Part shown: positions 63,021 to 64,000 of the stretch, piece by piece | How the letters are laid out: each line of letters starts with the position of its first letter | How positions within the stretch are numbered: the first letter of the stretch is position 1 | Origin: Macrostomum lignano | Lineage: Eukaryota | NCBI GenBank assembly: GCA_002269645.1 | Contig: NIVC01001754.1 | Coordinates: 54,081-118,080 of the forward strand | DNA length: 64,000 nt | Direction of reading: 5' to 3' | Program-made: the position numbers and the translations under genes | The notes under the pieces: model-generated | The model's database searches: none | Told to the model about the DNA's origin: nothing | Seen by the model: only the letters and a program-made list of their open reading frames with translations

Positions 63021-64000
63021 CGGTGGTGTAGTACGCAAGCCGATTAGGTACGCAAGCCGGCGGTGCCAGAGAGGCTGCTCTACAAGTGACTGGTTTGACA
63101 ATGTTCTATTGACAATTAGAATGATCTTTCCGTGGTCGTGACCTTAGTTGAAGGGATATATATGATTGTGTACAGTAAGAATTGCCTTGTGTAAGTGAGG
63201 CTGGGAGGAGTTCGGGACAATTTTGGTAGGTTTTTCATGATGCGTCATCTCGTTCATTCTCTCCTTTCAGTTTCTTTTCTCCCTGCTCGTACAGGAGGAC
63301 GTCTCAGTCACCATTTGGTAGCTGGCTTTTTGGAGACACTTTCTATGATTGGGAGCATCTTTTCATCTTATGAGCAGCAGTCAGTGTCTATGGCCCTAAC
63401 CCTGGGTTTCGGGGCTTCAAAGACGGCCGCTGAATGCACTAGCGAATGCTGGACCACAGATACTACGATTAAATACCCTAGATTATTCATTTAACTTATG
63501 TTTAACAAAACTACTCTCTGTTCAGTAGTATGAGTGTAAAAAAGCATCATTAACTTGGCCAAGCTTGGCCATAGATAAAATAATTAAAAGCGGCAAATTT
63601 GCTCGCGTTGACCAAAGCAGCTAGCCATCATTTGACAAGAATTAAGCAATATACGTTTATGCTACTGGACACAGAGTAGCAAGTCAATTGACACATACAA
63701 AATAGGGTTGAGTGAACCATATTGAGTGTTCAGAATCTGTAGCTCGTATTTAGGTCTTGAAACCAAAAACAAATTAGACCAAAGTGGATTGTCCCTAATT
63801 AATCTGAGATATCTTGACCGAATAAATTTACTCAACCGAAATTTACGGAAATATATTTTTTGAAAAAGATGAAAATGGCATATACTACTACAAGCATTAC
63901 AACAAGTATGCAGAGCAATAAAAAATCTTTAAAATATCCCGTTGCATTATTATTGGGCAAAATAAGAGAAAAACTAGGGATTGTCTTTTCAATTTGCAAA

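Overview
Eukaryotic (animal) genomic DNA with GC-rich exons inside AT-rich introns and very abundant micro- and minisatellites. The style resembles the flatworm Macrostomum, but that is an inference I cannot verify. Most long ORFs in the supplied track are artefacts of tandem repeats. I reconstruct these real genes by hand-splicing: (1) an unidentified minus-strand coding exon running off the left edge (1-802); (2) a 4-exon CDC50/TMEM30 flippase beta-subunit gene on + (24576-30574), whose last exon is hidden between two satellites; (3) three tandem minus-strand genes encoding signal peptide + PAN/apple-like domain + fibrinogen-related domain (34259-43330, 48428-49917, 53225-54755); (4) a 3-exon minus-strand BIR-UBA-RING IAP-like gene (55762-58422). 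Mobile DNA comprises a full-length 5.8-kb Loa/R1-type non-LTR retrotransposon with RNase H (37200-42997), a decayed relative (about 34800-35984), a nested fold-back MITE (33131-33471) and a decayed Gypsy pol fragment (about 62140-63020). The most notable observations concern the full-length LINE. Its 5' UTR holds an HDV-like ribozyme fold, its 13-bp target-site duplication duplicates the host gene's 5' splice site, and its tail contains a consensus GTAAGT donor.
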